A DNA stretch of 64,000 bases from a virus (Duplodnaviria > Heunggongvirae > Uroviricota > Caudoviricetes). Location of the stretch: the IMG/VR virus record IMGVR_UViG_3300035182_000695, positions 26,755 to 90,754 of that record; one strand, written 5' to 3'. Positions 7,859 through 16,826 of this stretch are shown here, one piece after another (position 1 is the first letter of the stretch; each line of letters starts with the position of its first letter). The notes beneath the pieces are model-generated. The model was not told the origin of the DNA and ran no database searches. It was given only the letters and a program-made list of their open reading frames with translations. The position numbers and the translations under genes are program-made.

Positions 7859-8482
7859 ATGGAAACTAGAAAACTAAACTTTGGTTGCGAGCCATTGAAC
7901 TTGGGTTCGTTTGATTTAAAATTTGATGAGTATTGTTTTTATATGTACTTCCCTGTCAAGTTTCCTAACTCTATGTTAAAAATTGAAAAGCGTTTAATGC
8001 CTATATTGCCTTTGATTCAAACTGTAATGCAAAATGAACCAGAAATTAAAAATAAATACATCTACATTACATTAAAAAATCAATTTCTACCTAAAGGGCT
8101 TGCGCATAACAGACCTAATTGGCACTCTGACGGATTTGGCTCTAATGATACAAACTATATTTTTTATTCAAACACTCCAACAGAGTTTTGCATCCAACAA
8201 TACAAAAATATTAGCGAAGATGATTCTGTTTCCCTGAAACAATTTGAAGGGCAAAGTAGTGAACACAGCATAGTTACTTATCCTAACAATACACTTCTTA
8301 AATTAACGCCTGAAAATATTCATCGCATCGGATTTAAAAAAGAAGATGGAGTTAGATTATTTGTAAAGATTTCAGTTTCAGATAAAGAGTATGCGCTTGT
8401 TGGCAATACACATAACTACGATTTTGATTACAACTGGTCAGATAAAATTAAAAAAAGAGAACTACATAGAAACACACCTTAA
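7859..8482 (+). CDS. hypothetical protein with a possible 2OG-Fe(II) oxygenase-like HxD...H...R triad
   Basis: 207 aa; WHSDG (HxD), then 67 aa to NIHRIG (distal His), then RLFVKIS (candidate 2OG-binding Arg). Weak, motif-level only. Confidence 0.25.
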   Translation: METRKLNFGCEPLNLGSFDLKFDEYCFYMYFPVKFPNSMLKIEKRLMPILPLIQTVMQNEPEIKNKYIYITLKNQFLPKGLAHNRPNWHSDGFGSNDTNYIFYSNTPTEFCIQQYKNISEDDSVSLKQFEGQSSEHSIVTYPNNTLLKLTPENIHRIGFKKEDGVRLFVKISVSDKEYALVGNTHNYDFDYNWSDKIKKRELHRNTP

Positions 8483-8491
8483 ACTATTATT

Positions 8492-8965
8492 ATGAGTTAT
8501 TTAACAGAAGCAGAAAGAAAAGAAAAAATAATACACAACTGCGAATATTATCAATTTGAATCTTGCGTTGATTTATCGCAAGGTGTTAAAATTAAACAAA
8601 TCTATTATAGAGATGAAGATTTAACGAAAACGCATCCTGAGAAACTAGCAGTTGATGTAGCTCAGTTTACTATTTGGTGGACTTATAGCTTTCACAAAAA
8701 ACTTAACGGATTTAGCGGCATTGATACAATTAAATTTGAAGTGATTCCTAACAAAGATTGTGTAAAGCGAGCCAAACTATCAATTGATGAAATAAAATCG
8801 CTCATATTCTACGGAGATGAGCAGAATGAGCAAGGTATTAGCGTACCGAGAAAGAAACGATTGGATTTAGCACTTTCATTCGCTTTTGATAGTTTAGATG
8901 AAAGCAGATTTGACAAAGAAGCTATTGAAGAGCTGTTTTGGCAGCGAATACACGCACTACAATAG
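8492..8965 (+). CDS. hypothetical protein
   Basis: 157-aa ORF, last gene of transcription unit 1. Confidence 0.55.
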   Translation: MSYLTEAERKEKIIHNCEYYQFESCVDLSQGVKIKQIYYRDEDLTKTHPEKLAVDVAQFTIWWTYSFHKKLNGFSGIDTIKFEVIPNKDCVKRAKLSIDEIKSLIFYGDEQNEQGISVPRKKRLDLALSFAFDSLDESRFDKEAIEELFWQRIHALQ

Positions 8966-8979
8966 AAATTAACATTCAA

Positions 8980-9072
8980 TTGTTAATAACTATTTTCAAA
9001 ATAAACTTGTCAGTTCAAAAAATAGTTATACATTTGTGTAACGAATAAGTTAAACACTAGCAAAATCAGACA
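8980..9072 (+). promoter_or_regulatory. Conserved promoter/leader element, copy 2
   Basis: TTGTTAATAACTATTTTCAAAATAAACTTG ... TACATTTG(9028-9035) ... TGTAACGAATAAGTTAAACA; ATG at 9075. Confidence 0.55.
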
Positions 9073-9074
9073 TT

Positions 9075-9503
9075 ATGAAAAATCAAGACAAGTCAATTTA
9101 CAATTTAGATACAGTAGTATCTGTTAAAATAGTTGATAAGAAAAAATCACCTTATTTCGAGTTTAAACCATTCAAAAAGAGTTTCTTCGGGAACACAAAA
9201 GAAGGCTTCTATGATACTTTAGGATTCAGCGATGAGCCAATGACTAGAGAAAGTATTGAAACTGGCGTTTATAATAAAGGCGCTAACTACATACATAACG
9301 GAGCTGCTTATATTATTGAAAACAATGTGGTTTACTACAAACCGTATGTAAAAGTTACTCTTCAATCAGAAGAGGGTTTTGTTAGACAATTCGACACTTT
9401 CGATTCTGCTTTAGCTTACGGAAACAAAATTTCTGAAACCATCAAAAACAGAGTTGTTAAAAACGGCGATAAGTTCCAATTAAGCACTTCAAACGAAGAT
9501 TAA
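9075..9503 (+). CDS. hypothetical protein
   Basis: 142-aa ORF directly after the leader. Confidence 0.6.
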   Translation: MKNQDKSIYNLDTVVSVKIVDKKKSPYFEFKPFKKSFFGNTKEGFYDTLGFSDEPMTRESIETGVYNKGANYIHNGAAYIIENNVVYYKPYVKVTLQSEEGFVRQFDTFDSALAYGNKISETIKNRVVKNGDKFQLSTSNED

Positions 9504-9581
9504 CATATATTTCAGTACAAAAACGCTAAAAGCGTCTTAAAATCAAAATAAATCAAGTTAAATACTATAAAAACAAACAAA

Positions 9582-10136
9582 ATGACAAAGCAAATCTTAA
9601 ACATCTCAGAAAAACAAGAAGTGAATAATTATCCTTACGGAAGATTAAAAGCAACAGCATTCTTTTCAATTGAATTTGATTACAAAAAAGGGTTTCGTTC
9701 GGTATTTCAAACTATCAATCCGAAAACAAATAGATTAAACGCTGAAAAAAAATCAACATACTCTGCGTTTATGTGTCAGTTCAAAGAGGACGAAACTGGA
9801 CATATCAAAACAGCAACATCAAACCTAAGTAGCTATGAAGATGTTAATAAATTATTTGACTTCATTACAAAAAACCAAGACAAATTGCAACTTACAGAAA
9901 AAATGATTGAATCACTTTGCTTAGCTGCTATTGCTTGTACTAAAATAAACGCAAGATACACACCTTGTAATACAGAAAGTTTACTTAAAGTTTTAGATAC
10001 GCCTGTTAAAACTCTTGTTTCTATTGTTAAGAAAGAGGAAGGATTTTCTACTGCTGATGTTGTTATCGATATTTTTAAAATCGAAGAGTTAAAAGAACAA
10101 TTTAAAAACAGTAAAAATGCCGTTGCAAGTAATTAG
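9582..10136 (+). CDS. hypothetical protein
   Basis: 184-aa ORF. Confidence 0.55.
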   Translation: MTKQILNISEKQEVNNYPYGRLKATAFFSIEFDYKKGFRSVFQTINPKTNRLNAEKKSTYSAFMCQFKEDETGHIKTATSNLSSYEDVNKLFDFITKNQDKLQLTEKMIESLCLAAIACTKINARYTPCNTESLLKVLDTPVKTLVSIVKKEEGFSTADVVIDIFKIEELKEQFKNSKNAVASN

Positions 10137-10256
10137 AAACTACACATCTTCTGACGGCACTCGATTAGTTGAGTACAAAGATGAGACAGGCTACCAAAAC
10201 ACAGTACCGTTGAATGTGTTCAATAAAAAGTTTAATTCTAAAAAGAAAAAGAAATA

Positions 10257-10661
10257 ATGAGTAAGTTATATGTAACATTCGAGATTGCTAAAATTTTAAA
10301 ATCAATGCCGCAATTTGACGAGTCTTGTATTGTCTGCTACGAAGAGAGTGAGGATAATAAATTTGAATTAAGTAACTATGTTAATCAAACTGGTATTGTT
10401 ACTGGCGTTGAATGCGAGTTAGCCGCAGAAAATTGTTTTCCTGCTCCGACATACCAACAAGTTGTTGATTGGTTAATTGAAAAGCACGAAATTGAAGTTA
10501 ATGTTAAAAGCTGGAAAGGAGAAGGCGACGGAATTATAGTTTGGATTTTCTCAGTAAAGAAATTGGGAATGCCTTCAACTTATAGATTCGACACTAAATC
10601 TTTTAACAGAACCGAAGCTTGGATTAAAGCATTAACTCACGCATTAGAAAAAATAAAATAG
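10257..10661 (+). CDS. hypothetical protein, YQQIVDWL-family paralog 3
   Basis: 134 aa; ...PAPTYQQVVDWLIEKHEIEV. Confidence 0.55.
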   Translation: MSKLYVTFEIAKILKSMPQFDESCIVCYEESEDNKFELSNYVNQTGIVTGVECELAAENCFPAPTYQQVVDWLIEKHEIEVNVKSWKGEGDGIIVWIFSVKKLGMPSTYRFDTKSFNRTEAWIKALTHALEKIK

Positions 10662-10662
10662 T

Positions 10663-10923
10663 ATGGGCTACATTAAAAACTTAGAATTCATTTACAAAGA
10701 AACGATTGACCATTACGAATACAACAATGATGGATTTTCGGGTAAAATTAGAGTTAATCGCTCTCAAATGACTTACCAATACGATGTGTTTGATGTCATT
10801 CATAACAAACAAATTGTTTTCAATGTAGAAGAAGCGCACTTCATGGATTTAAAATCTATTTGCAATCAGATTGAAACAACAATAGCAGATTATAAACAAT
10901 TCCCCGAAGAATATATTGACTAA
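10663..10923 (+). CDS. hypothetical protein
   Basis: 86-aa ORF. Confidence 0.45.
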   Translation: MGYIKNLEFIYKETIDHYEYNNDGFSGKIRVNRSQMTYQYDVFDVIHNKQIVFNVEEAHFMDLKSICNQIETTIADYKQFPEEYID

Positions 10924-11246
10924 TGGAAAACGAAGGAATAAATCAAACCGAACTTAATAAAGAGTTCTTACAGCTATCTCCAACAAATAAAGCAGTTTTA
11001 ATTGGATTGTCAGTTATTGCTTGCGGAATAGGCGCTTATTTTTTGTACACTAAAAGTCCGAGCGTTCAAATTAGAAAATACAAGCGAAGGCCTAGAATTA
11101 AAAAGCCTAGAAGAGCGTATAGAAAACTCAAAAAGCAAAAGCGAAAAGAAAAGCGAGAACAACAATTAATTAATGGAATACATATTCATCGAGGTAATAA
11201 ATCAGACATAACTAACAAGTGGTCTTCGGGCTGCATAATTCTTTAA
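10923..11246 (+). CDS. membrane-anchored basic protein
   Basis: 107 aa; one predicted TM (LIGLSVIACGIGAYFLYT), then a strongly K/R-rich segment. Confidence 0.45.
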   Translation: MENEGINQTELNKEFLQLSPTNKAVLIGLSVIACGIGAYFLYTKSPSVQIRKYKRRPRIKKPRRAYRKLKKQKRKEKREQQLINGIHIHRGNKSDITNKWSSGCIIL

Positions 11247-11250
11247 AAAA

Positions 11251-11556
11251 ATGGAACAAACAACTTTACTATACTGCATAATTGCACTAATGTATGTATC
11301 AGGAATAATAATGATGTATCACGTTCTTAGTGATAGCAGCTCGACAACAATCGGCGAATGGTGCTTAGTTCCAGTTTGGTTTTTAGCAATCCCTTGTATA
11401 TCTATCTTCATTATGTTTGATAAAATTCTTCGCTCTAAATTTGTCAAAAACTTAAAAAAGAAATATTTCAACAAAGACAAAAAGTCCGATTTAGATGTAT
11501 TAATTTTTTCATTGATAGCAGCTATTGTTTTACTTTTCATAATACTTACAAAATGA
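11251..11556 (+). CDS. small integral membrane protein (3 predicted TM)
   Basis: 101 aa, highly hydrophobic. Confidence 0.5.
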   Translation: MEQTTLLYCIIALMYVSGIIMMYHVLSDSSSTTIGEWCLVPVWFLAIPCISIFIMFDKILRSKFVKNLKKKYFNKDKKSDLDVLIFSLIAAIVLLFIILTK

Positions 11557-11789
11557 GCAAAGGTTTAGCAGTCATTATCAGAAACGAAGAAGAGTTCAAT
11601 CGTTTAAAAGAATTTTTAGGAGAAGAGATTTTATACTTAGATTTTGTGCCTCAAATGGCAGAAGTAGAAACAAGCGTTATCATTCATTACATTGACAATA
11701 ATATATTTTCAATTGGTAGTGTTGGCAGCACTAAGTATCAAGAAGAGTATGAAATACGACACATCGAGTTCAGCGAATTTTTTAAATAA
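11553..11789 (+). CDS. hypothetical protein
   Basis: 78-aa ORF with ATGA overlap. Confidence 0.45.
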   Translation: MSKGLAVIIRNEEEFNRLKEFLGEEILYLDFVPQMAEVETSVIIHYIDNNIFSIGSVGSTKYQEEYEIRHIEFSEFFK

Positions 11790-11803
11790 ACAATAAACTA
11801 AAA

Positions 11804-12388
11804 ATGGGAGTTAAAGCTATTAAAGACAAGTACAAAATAGAGCATATTGTACAACAGAAAGGTGATATTATCTGGATTGGCGCACCGCTAAACTCTGAAA
11901 TTATTGGAATCAATATGGATGGTAAAATAATCAAGCATTATAAAAACCTAAAATACAATGATGGTTGGAGTACTAACGAAGATTTAAAACGCTATCAAGA
12001 AGAGATGTTGCTTGATGAAGGCGACGGAATATTAAAACAGCTAGTCCAACAAAAAGATGATTTTAAAGAACTTAAACCTGTATTTCAAATTGAAGACGGA
12101 AGAGTTAATGAATTATTTTGTGAAGAGTATGGGTGGCCGAATACTTGTACGAATGGAGAGATTCAGTATGAAGGGACTTTTTTTGAAGACTATCAAACTG
12201 CTTACAAAGAATTAATAATAGGCTCTAAATCAAACATAAAATCTTCTTGGAAAAACTTTAAAAGAAACTTCTCAGAACATTTTAATAGAATTTTAAAATG
12301 CTTCGGTATGTTGTTTGATGAAATTAAATTTTTTACATACGCACATACAATACAAAGAGTTAAAGGTTTCAAGCATAGAAAAAAATAA
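11804..12388 (+). CDS. hypothetical protein
   Basis: 194-aa ORF. Confidence 0.55.
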   Translation: MGVKAIKDKYKIEHIVQQKGDIIWIGAPLNSEIIGINMDGKIIKHYKNLKYNDGWSTNEDLKRYQEEMLLDEGDGILKQLVQQKDDFKELKPVFQIEDGRVNELFCEEYGWPNTCTNGEIQYEGTFFEDYQTAYKELIIGSKSNIKSSWKNFKRNFSEHFNRILKCFGMLFDEIKFFTYAHTIQRVKGFKHRKK

Positions 12389-12776
12389 AATGGAAGCAAA
12401 AGAATTTAGATTAGGTAATGTAATCAAAAATAAATTTAATGGCATAGCAGAAATAGTTTCGATTTCAAAAAATACAATCGACACGAAAGCGTTATACAAA
12501 AGTTCTAAGTTCGATAAAATATTATCTATTAAAGATGTTGAGGGATTAAAGATAAATAAACTAGCGTTAAAAAAGTTAGGTTTCACTTATCAAAAACAAA
12601 CTGGATTTTATGCTGACGAACACCATCTAGTTTTTGAAAACATAAACAAGACATTTATTTTCAGCCCTCATTGCACAATGGACATTGATTGCAGAATACA
12701 AGTAGAATTTGTTCACGAGCTACAAAATGCTTACTACACAAACACAAAAAAGAAAGAATTAAAATTTAAAAAATGA
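12389..12776 (+). CDS. hypothetical protein (start chosen at the internal Met MEAKEF to avoid a 70-nt overlap)
   Basis: Track ORF 12315..12776; the ATG at 12389 immediately follows the upstream stop. Confidence 0.5.
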
Positions 12777-13156
12777 AGTTCAATATCGCAGAAGACAACG
12801 AAGAAATAAATCTATACCAGCGAATGGTTTCAGATTGCGGTAAAGTAGAAATCGGAATATATCCAGTTATGTTCGGCTACCGTGTAAGAGCTGGATTTGT
12901 AAACGATGTTGCTTTCTTTGTAGATTGGTGCGCAGGCGACGACCAAACTCAAATAGAGCTATTGTATGCGATTTTAAAAAACATACTTGAGTCTGGCTAT
13001 GATTTGAGAAATCTACCGCCTGTGAGTAAAATAAAGCCGTTTTACAACGATGCTGAATTTTTAAAACTAATAGAGTCTTTAGTTGTAAATCCTCTATCTG
13101 TTGAATCACTAAAGCCGGTTCACTTAGATAGAATTAAATTAATGAATAGTTTGTAA
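12773..13156 (+). CDS. hypothetical protein
   Basis: 127-aa ORF. Confidence 0.5.
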   Translation: MKFNIAEDNEEINLYQRMVSDCGKVEIGIYPVMFGYRVRAGFVNDVAFFVDWCAGDDQTQIELLYAILKNILESGYDLRNLPPVSKIKPFYNDAEFLKLIESLVVNPLSVESLKPVHLDRIKLMNSL

Positions 13157-13167
13157 CAGTTATTTAT

Positions 13168-13473
13168 ATGGAAATTAAAAGAATAAAATGGTACGGTAAC
13201 GGTGTCGCTGTAAGAGTACATAACAAGGAAATTGTAGTGTCTAGTTCAGAGCAAGACCCGAATGCAATTATATTAAACTTTAAATCGTTCGATGCCAAAG
13301 ACGCAAATAGACCTGCCGTACTTCATCAATGTCATAGAGGAAAAGTTAAAGAGACTTCATTGAAGTTATCTGATGAAACTATGGCAATTGTTGTACAAAT
13401 GTATTTACAAAAAAAGCGAAGAGATTTAAAAATTGAACTAGAAAAAGAAAAGAAAAGCGATGAGAAAGATTAG
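13168..13473 (+). CDS. hypothetical protein
   Basis: 101-aa ORF with a KE-rich C-terminus. Confidence 0.45.
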   Translation: MEIKRIKWYGNGVAVRVHNKEIVVSSSEQDPNAIILNFKSFDAKDANRPAVLHQCHRGKVKETSLKLSDETMAIVVQMYLQKKRRDLKIELEKEKKSDEKD

Positions 13474-13684
13474 TTGGAAAAGAGTTCTAGCAATGTTTTT
13501 AGCTTTGCAGTTCGGCACGCCTATCATGCTTGCTTTATTTGAGTCAAAAACTCTTGATAAAGATTTCTTACCTATATTAAAAGAAGGCCTAACGATTAGC
13601 TTCTTTTTCTTACTCGTAATTTTTTATATACCATTATTATTTACATTCTTAAAACAAAAATATTATGCAAAAAATAAGAATTGA
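13460..13684 (+). CDS. small membrane protein (2 predicted TM)
   Basis: 74 aa, hydrophobic. Confidence 0.45.
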   Translation: MRKISWKRVLAMFLALQFGTPIMLALFESKTLDKDFLPILKEGLTISFFFLLVIFYIPLLFTFLKQKYYAKNKN

Positions 13685-14243
13685 TGAAGTAGATGTTATT
13701 CTTGATGAACTAGGAGAGAATCAAGGTAAAATAATAATATCAGGCTACGATACACATAACTACTCTTATTTTTGGGGAGCTATGGGCGGCGATTTAAAAT
13801 CTTTTTTAGTTCGTATAAACTCGCCTTATTTTGCCGATAAATTATTAGGCTCAAGAAGTTGCCACACATTTGATGCAAAGAAAACATTTGCTAATTTAAG
13901 AAAACATATTAGGGAAGAAATGGGGTTGCCGTTCTATGAACACGTTGAATTTCAAAAATCAATGAGAGAAACACTTAATGATTTTCAAAGGCAATGTGAA
14001 GAGTATGGACAAGAGTTTTTTGTACATAGTTTCGATAGTAACTTTGTAAACCGACTTAACTTCTATGATATAAAAGATAATTGGGAAAGAAAGCGAATCG
14101 AAAGTGATTTCAAAGAGATTAGTGAAGTGTGGCACTTTACAGGTACTAAGCCTTCAAATCAATATCAGTTCTTAGTTAAACTTCATTCAAAAATAAAAAG
14201 AGTTCTTAAAAAACAAATTAAAAAAGATGAAAAAGGAAATTAA
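13665..14243 (+). CDS. hypothetical protein
   Basis: 192-aa ORF. Confidence 0.55.
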   Translation: MQKIRIDEVDVILDELGENQGKIIISGYDTHNYSYFWGAMGGDLKSFLVRINSPYFADKLLGSRSCHTFDAKKTFANLRKHIREEMGLPFYEHVEFQKSMRETLNDFQRQCEEYGQEFFVHSFDSNFVNRLNFYDIKDNWERKRIESDFKEISEVWHFTGTKPSNQYQFLVKLHSKIKRVLKKQIKKDEKGN

Positions 14244-14391
14244 AAAGGAAGACTACTATGAGTGTAAAAGATGCGATATTAATTCTCTTGGACTCAGAAT
14301 GTGTCCTTGCCCTAGAGGTGGATGTGAAGCCGAAGTTGTAGGCGAGAAAATTACAACAGTTCAAGTAGTGATAACTAAAGCGAAAAAATAA
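14227..14391 (+). CDS. small zinc-ribbon protein, 54 aa (not in the ORF track)
   Basis: MKKEIKKEDYYECKRCDINSLGLRMCPCPRGGCEAEVVGEKITTVQVVITKAKK; CxxC...CxC...C pattern. Overlaps the previous gene's end in another frame. Confidence 0.3.
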   Translation: MKKEIKKEDYYECKRCDINSLGLRMCPCPRGGCEAEVVGEKITTVQVVITKAKK

Positions 14392-14445
14392 AATGAGTTC
14401 AGTAAAAGAATTTTTAGACAGCAAGCCTTTGACGTTAGAAAGGAT

Positions 14446-14733
14446 ATGTATGGCGGTTATAAAATAACTTACGCTTATCTATGTACATTATTAGAAGAAT
14501 ATTATTCGCAATCAAGCAGCTCTAAATCTGACATACAAATTAATAAATGGATTAAGCTCAGCGAAAAATCGCCAGAAATACATTCAGAAAACTACTTAGT
14601 TTATAAAGACGGTCAAATTTTAATTTCATTGTTTAGAGGAGATTGGAATATGTTTCATTGCGATATAAACAGAAATCTCAACGAGCCATTTGTTACGCAT
14701 TGGATGGAATTACCAAAGACTCCTTCTATATAA
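14446..14733 (+). CDS. hypothetical protein
   Basis: 95-aa ORF. Confidence 0.45.
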   Translation: MYGGYKITYAYLCTLLEEYYSQSSSSKSDIQINKWIKLSEKSPEIHSENYLVYKDGQILISLFRGDWNMFHCDINRNLNEPFVTHWMELPKTPSI

Positions 14734-14744
14734 ATTTCTAACAT

Positions 14745-14835
14745 AAAATTGTTGATAAGTTCAATTAAAAATAATTTTGTTGATTCAAAAAGATGTTATA
14801 TATTTGTGTAACACTTTTAAGTTAAACATTACAGT
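14745..14835 (+). promoter_or_regulatory. Conserved promoter/leader element, copy 3 (upstream box diverged)
   Basis: TTTG(14776-14779), 19 bp, TATATTTG(14799-14806), leader TGTAACACTTTTAAGTTAAACA; ATG at 14836. Confidence 0.5.
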
Positions 14836-15168
14836 ATGACAATGACAGATAAAGACAGTTTTGATGCTGTTACTAAACGAAACAATTTTAATGTAGCCGC
14901 TCAAGAAGCAATATTTGAAGAGGTTTGCGACATTCTAAAATTAGATAAAGAAGATTTAATTAATTCGAGTAAACTGCTAATTATTTCATCTTTTGGAATT
15001 ATCGGAAAAACATTATGGGAAGTTGTCAATAATAGAATAAAGCACATAGGCAGAACCGAGACAGATGAAGTTTTTGAATTCATAAAGCTAACTGCTCTTA
15101 TGCTAGCTTGGCGAAAAGTAGAGCAAGAAGGATTTGAGAAAATTGATTTAAGATTAATACTAAACTAA
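14836..15168 (+). CDS. hypothetical protein
   Basis: 110-aa ORF after the leader. Confidence 0.55.
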   Translation: MTMTDKDSFDAVTKRNNFNVAAQEAIFEEVCDILKLDKEDLINSSKLLIISSFGIIGKTLWEVVNNRIKHIGRTETDEVFEFIKLTALMLAWRKVEQEGFEKIDLRLILN

Positions 15169-15169
15169 T

Positions 15170-15463
15170 ATGAAAACAAAATTACTTACACTACTCGCAA
15201 TTGCTACTATTTTAGTTAGCTGCCGTAACGCCAAAGAAGATGCTGAAAACTACAAGGTTGGTAATCGTTATTTGAAATGGGCGCACTATGCTGTTTTAAA
15301 ATCAGATAAAGATAATCCTTTTGAAGCTGACACAGTTACTATTTTAGGAATTGAGAACGGTTATATAAGATATGTTAAATCGAGAGATATTCAATTTTCG
15401 GATATACTTAGCCATAGCTGCTCTATTAGTGATTTTGAAGACTCGACAAGAAAATTAAACTAA
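15170..15463 (+). CDS. predicted lipoprotein
   Basis: 97 aa; MKTKLLTLLAIATILVSC = signal peptide plus LVSC lipobox. Confidence 0.5.
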   Translation: MKTKLLTLLAIATILVSCRNAKEDAENYKVGNRYLKWAHYAVLKSDKDNPFEADTVTILGIENGYIRYVKSRDIQFSDILSHSCSISDFEDSTRKLN

Positions 15464-15477
15464 AAACATAAATAAAA

Positions 15478-16377
15478 ATGGTAGAATTAAATTTAGTTCA
15501 CAAAAACAAGTCAGAGGTAGAATATACTGTAAGTAATTTTCCTGACACGCAAAAGCAAATTAAAATCGAAATATTTTGCAGTCTTAATTTACACAATTCA
15601 GCATACGATAAAATCGTTAATGAAGGCGTTGTAATTAAATCACGAATGTCTTGGGATGATGTGCAATTAATTATCGCAACAGTAAAAGCTTTAAGACAAC
15701 TAAAAGCTAAAGAAATACATTTATGCGTTCCTTACTTTCTAGGCGCAAGAAGTGATAGAAAATTCGAGCAAGGTTCAAATAATTATTTAAAAGATGTTAT
15801 TTGTCCAATTATAAACTCTTTGGAGTTGGATAGTGTTTCTGTACTAGACGCTCACAGCTTTGTGTTAGAAGCTTGTTTAAAGAACTTCCAGAGTGTTGAC
15901 AATTATCAATTAGTTAGGTACGCTCAAAACGATTTACTGAAAAAGAATGTTGATGCAGGTAAATCTACTCATCTAAACGATTTTATCTTAGTTGCTCCTG
16001 ATGCAGGTGCGTCTCACAAAATATATAAGCTAGCTGAAAATATTGGATATAAAGGCGAAATTATTATATGCAGTAAAGAAAGAGGTACTGACGGCAAGTT
16101 AAGTAAAACAGTTGTTCCTGATTTTGATTACTCGAAAGACATTGTAATTGTAGATGATATTTTTGATTATGGAAATACATTTATGAATATAGTTAAAGCT
16201 GTTAGTCATAAGACAAATGAATCAGTTAGTCCAATAGGTAAAAAATATTTAATAGTAACGCACGCTATTCAAGAAAAAGGATTGGAAGCTGCTTCTGAAT
16301 ACTTTAACACTATTTACACTACTAATTCGGTAAGAGAATTTGATTTACCGAAAGTTAAAATCTTAGATATATTTTAA
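15478..16377 (+). CDS. Prs-family phosphoribosyl-pyrophosphokinase homolog (PRPP synthetase-like; candidate ADPR-PP synthetase Adps of a NARP1 pathway)
   Basis: 299 aa; IHLCVPYFLGARSDRK (Prs: ITAVIPYFGYARQDRR), LVAPDAGASHKIYKLA (Prs: VVSPDIGGVVRAR), IVDDIFDYGNTF (Prs PRPP loop VLVDDMIDTGGT). Confidence 0.6.
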   Translation: MVELNLVHKNKSEVEYTVSNFPDTQKQIKIEIFCSLNLHNSAYDKIVNEGVVIKSRMSWDDVQLIIATVKALRQLKAKEIHLCVPYFLGARSDRKFEQGSNNYLKDVICPIINSLELDSVSVLDAHSFVLEACLKNFQSVDNYQLVRYAQNDLLKKNVDAGKSTHLNDFILVAPDAGASHKIYKLAENIGYKGEIIICSKERGTDGKLSKTVVPDFDYSKDIVIVDDIFDYGNTFMNIVKAVSHKTNESVSPIGKKYLIVTHAIQEKGLEAASEYFNTIYTTNSVREFDLPKVKILDIF

Positions 16378-16401
16378 ACATAAACCATAAAAATAAACAG
16401 T

Positions 16402-16800
16402 ATGAACATATACACAAAAAGGTTGATTGACGAATGGAGAAAGCACGGAAAGCTCGTTGTGGCGATTGACTTTGATTCAACAATTTTCCCATATCACAAT
16501 TTAGAAAATCAAAAAGACATTGATAGAGCAATAGAATTAGTTCAAGTTGCTTACGCTATCGGTGCCTATATAGTAATTTTCACAGCGTCAGTACCAGAGC
16601 GTTTTGAATTCATTCAAAAATATTGCGATGAAAAGAAAATACCTATCAGTTCAATAAACAAAAATCCAATTGAGATGCCGTTCGGAAATAGTGGTAAGGT
16701 CTACGCAAATTTGTTTTTAGATGACAGAGCCGGATTTTGTCAAGCGATGGATATTTTAGAAGAAGCGATTAACGAAATGCAAAAAGAAACAAATAAATAA
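16402..16800 (+). CDS. small HAD-superfamily-like phosphatase (DxDxT motif)
   Basis: 132 aa; VVAIDFDSTIFPYHN carries HAD motif I (DxDxT). Small single-domain size as in NT5C-like/IIIB HAD enzymes. Confidence 0.35.
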   Translation: MNIYTKRLIDEWRKHGKLVVAIDFDSTIFPYHNLENQKDIDRAIELVQVAYAIGAYIVIFTASVPERFEFIQKYCDEKKIPISSINKNPIEMPFGNSGKVYANLFLDDRAGFCQAMDILEEAINEMQKETNK

Positions 16801-16826
16801 GTATAAACTAAAAACAAAAAAACAAA

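Noticed and set aside
8965-9075. Searched all inter-operon gaps and the whole window for rRNA, tRNA or integrase/att features
   Set aside because: No GTTCRANYC-type T-arm or cloverleaf was recognised. No tyrosine/serine recombinase motifs were found. The gaps are occupied by the promoter-repeat copies instead.
15478-16377. Alternative reading of the Prs-like protein as a generic phosphoribosyltransferase (PRTase type I)
   Set aside because: Besides the PRPP-binding loop it has the Prs-specific YFxxARxDR block and a second flexible-loop region. PRPP-synthetase family membership is therefore favoured, though Adps and Prs cannot be told apart by eye.
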